From the NCBI GenBank assembly GCA_041658425.1, contig JBBAAF010000002.1:57156-121155 (forward strand): DNA of 64,000 nt, written 5' to 3'. The notes under the pieces are model-generated. The model saw only the letters and a program-made list of their open reading frames with translations. It was not told the origin of the DNA and made no database searches. This stretch comes from Bacteroidales bacterium (GTDB lineage: Bacteria; Bacteroidota; Bacteroidia; Bacteroidales; UBA12481). The first letter of the stretch is position 1. Each line of letters opens with the position of its first letter. The translations under genes and the position numbers were made by a program. This document shows positions 62,463-64,000 of this stretch, piece after piece.

Positions 62463-64000
62463 ATGAATTATTTTTGCTCATACCTTCGTCCATCAAATTG
62501 TTTTCTTGCGTTATCAGTTCTTATGACTAACTGTACTGGGATTAAAAATGATAAACCTAAAAATATAAGTACTAATACCGAAAAACCCAACATCATTTAT
62601 ATTCTTGCAGATGACCTTGGTTATGGTGATTTGAGAAGCTTAAATCCTGATTCACGTATCCCGACGCCTAATATGGATAAAATTGTGCGGGAAGGGGTTC
62701 ATTTTACCGATGCTCATTCCAGTTCTGCAGTATGCACGCCTACCCGTTATGGAATACTTACTGGCAGATATGCTTTTCGGACGAGATTAAAAAATGGTGT
62801 ACTTTGGGGTTATTCAACATCATTAATTGAGCCTGGTAGAACAACTGTTGCTTCTTTTTTGAAAGAGAAAGGATACCAAACCGCCTGCATCGGCAAATGG
62901 CATCTGGGGCTCGATTGGAGCAAAAAAGACAGCACTAAAGCAATTCCTGATGTCCAGGGAGGTGACCAGATCCCTTCAAATTTTGACGACAATGTTGATT
63001 ATATCAAACCTGTAAAAGGAGACCCATCTGACCATGGTTTTGATAATTCATTGATTATTCCGGCCTCCCTGGACATGTATCCATACTGCTATATACGCAA
63101 TGGGATTGTGGTTGAAGCGCCGACCTTTTATACAGAAGGAAAGAACCAGGATGTTGATGGCCGGGGAGTTTTTTGGCGGGCTGGTAAAATGTCACCAAGC
63201 TTCGATTTTTTTAAGGTATTACCAACCTTTGTTGATTCGGCCTGTGCCTATATATCGAGTGCTGGTAAGCACAACAAACCCTTCTTTTTATATCTGTCAT
63301 TACCGGCACCTCATACTCCATGGCTTCCAACTCTGGAATTTAAAGGACGTTCATCAGCTGGAAAATACGGTGATTATGTAGCAATGGTGGATGAAATGCT
63401 CGGAAAGGTGCTTGAAACAGTTAAAAATGCAAATATTGATGATAATACACTTGTCATTGTCACGTCCGATAACGGATCGGACTGGGGGCCATCCGACATA
63501 GAAGAAACTGGTCATCGCGCCAATTACCACTTTAAAGGACAAAAAGCCGATATATATGAAGCCGGACACCGGATACCATTTGTTGCCCGATGGAAAGGAA
63601 TTATCCCTGCCGGGCTTGCTTCCGAGGAGGTAATGTGTACAACTGATCTTATGGGAACCCTTGCCGGTATGCTGCATCAAACGGTTCCGGAAGGTGCTGG
63701 CGAGGATAGTTATAATCTTTGGCCGGCTTTTGTCGGTGAAGTTAGTTATTCGCCAATACGGGAAGCCACCATTCATCATTCCCTGGATGGGTTTTTCTCC
63801 ATCAGAAAAGGAAAATGGAAACTCACTCCCTATCTTGGTTCCGGGGGATTCACTATACCAAAAGTGATTAAACCTCAGAAAGGTGAAGCCCCCGGTACTT
63901 TATACGATATGGGAAAAGACCCTCAGGAACAAGTTAACCTTTATAGCCAATATCCGGATATAGTCCAGAAATTATCCGAACTTTTGGAACTTTATAAATC
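62463..64000 (+). CDS. S1 sulfatase (Cys-type, CTPTR), 3' end truncated by the window edge
   Basis: Open frame from the ATG at 62463 to the window end; it is absent from the ORF track because no stop is reached. My own translation gives MNYFCSYLRPSNCF..., IIYILADDLGYGD, SSSAVCTPTRYGILTG and GKWHLG. It is paralogous to the sulfatase domain at 53214. Confidence 0.85.
   Translation, partial: MNYFCSYLRPSNCFLALSVLMTNCTGIKNDKPKNISTNTEKPNIIYILADDLGYGDLRSLNPDSRIPTPNMDKIVREGVHFTDAHSSSAVCTPTRYGILTGRYAFRTRLKNGVLWGYSTSLIEPGRTTVASFLKEKGYQTACIGKWHLGLDWSKKDSTKAIPDVQGGDQIPSNFDDNVDYIKPVKGDPSDHGFDNSLIIPASLDMYPYCYIRNGIVVEAPTFYTEGKNQDVDGRGVFWRAGKMSPSFDFFKVLPTFVDSACAYISSAGKHNKPFFLYLSLPAPHTPWLPTLEFKGRSSAGKYGDYVAMVDEMLGKVLETVKNANIDDNTLVIVTSDNGSDWGPSDIEETGHRANYHFKGQKADIYEAGHRIPFVARWKGIIPAGLASEEVMCTTDLMGTLAGMLHQTVPEGAGEDSYNLWPAFVGEVSYSPIREATIHHSLDGFFSIRKGKWKLTPYLGSGGFTIPKVIKPQKGEAPGTLYDMGKDPQEQVNLYSQYPDIVQKLSELLELYK

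Noticed and set aside
1-64000. Search by eye for CRISPR arrays, IS elements or transposases, integrases, phage or defence genes, tRNA and rRNA
   Set aside because: I saw no short regular repeat-spacer arrays, no transposase- or integrase-like ORFs and no long terminal inverted repeats. Intergenic spaces are all under 350 nt and lack tRNA-like cloverleaf candidates. The window appears to be a metabolic island rather than a mobile or defence island. A computational scan (tRNAscan-SE, Infernal, ISfinder, minced) would be needed to be certain.

Overview
This is a Bacteroidota-type chromosomal segment. It has two SusC/SusD pairs, many lipoprotein signals, TAnnTTTG-like promoter boxes, and leaderless or overlapping gene junctions. 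I recognised no rRNA, tRNA, CRISPR array, transposase or integrase. All family calls come from reading the supplied translations and DNA by eye; no search was run.

Layout:
1. 78-9300, minus strand: a glycan-degrading operon with GH127, GH2, a LamG protein with an unknown domain, GH10, a LamG lipoprotein and a tandem-domain lipoprotein.
2. 9469-15249: an extracytoplasmic sulfur-handling module (YeeE/YedE split into two genes, plus three rhodanese domains), followed by a MORN protein and two tandem YD-repeat mini-lipoproteins.
3. 15425-20139: a SusC/SusD pair closed off by its own terminator.
4. 20483-24993: a decayed LacI regulator, a GDP-mannose 3,5-epimerase-like gene, a nucleotidyltransferase-GHMP kinase fusion and an anaerobic sulfatase-maturating enzyme.
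5. 25091 to the window end: about 39 kb of 23 co-directional ORFs (22 apparently intact genes plus one sulfatase remnant), forming an ECF-sigma/anti-sigma-gated polysaccharide utilisation locus (PUL). It holds an STN-type SusC, SusD, GH42, a GH31-like gene, GH3, two GH29 domains, a beta-helix protein and four intact S1 sulfatases, plus two gene remnants. The likely target is a sulfated, fucose-bearing glycan.

The most unusual content sits inside that PUL, and I regard it as the best candidate for undescribed biology:
- a non-CAZyme cassette made of an SDR and a divergent two-subunit glycine-dehydrogenase (GcvPA/GcvPB)-like PLP enzyme, with no gcvT or gcvH nearby;
- a Tat-exported ADP-ribosylglycohydrolase-fold protein;
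- a tandem pair of about 770-aa secreted proteins of unknown family;
- an amino-acid (APC) permease translationally coupled to GH3;
- a Ser-type sulfatase fused to a TIM-barrel-like domain.
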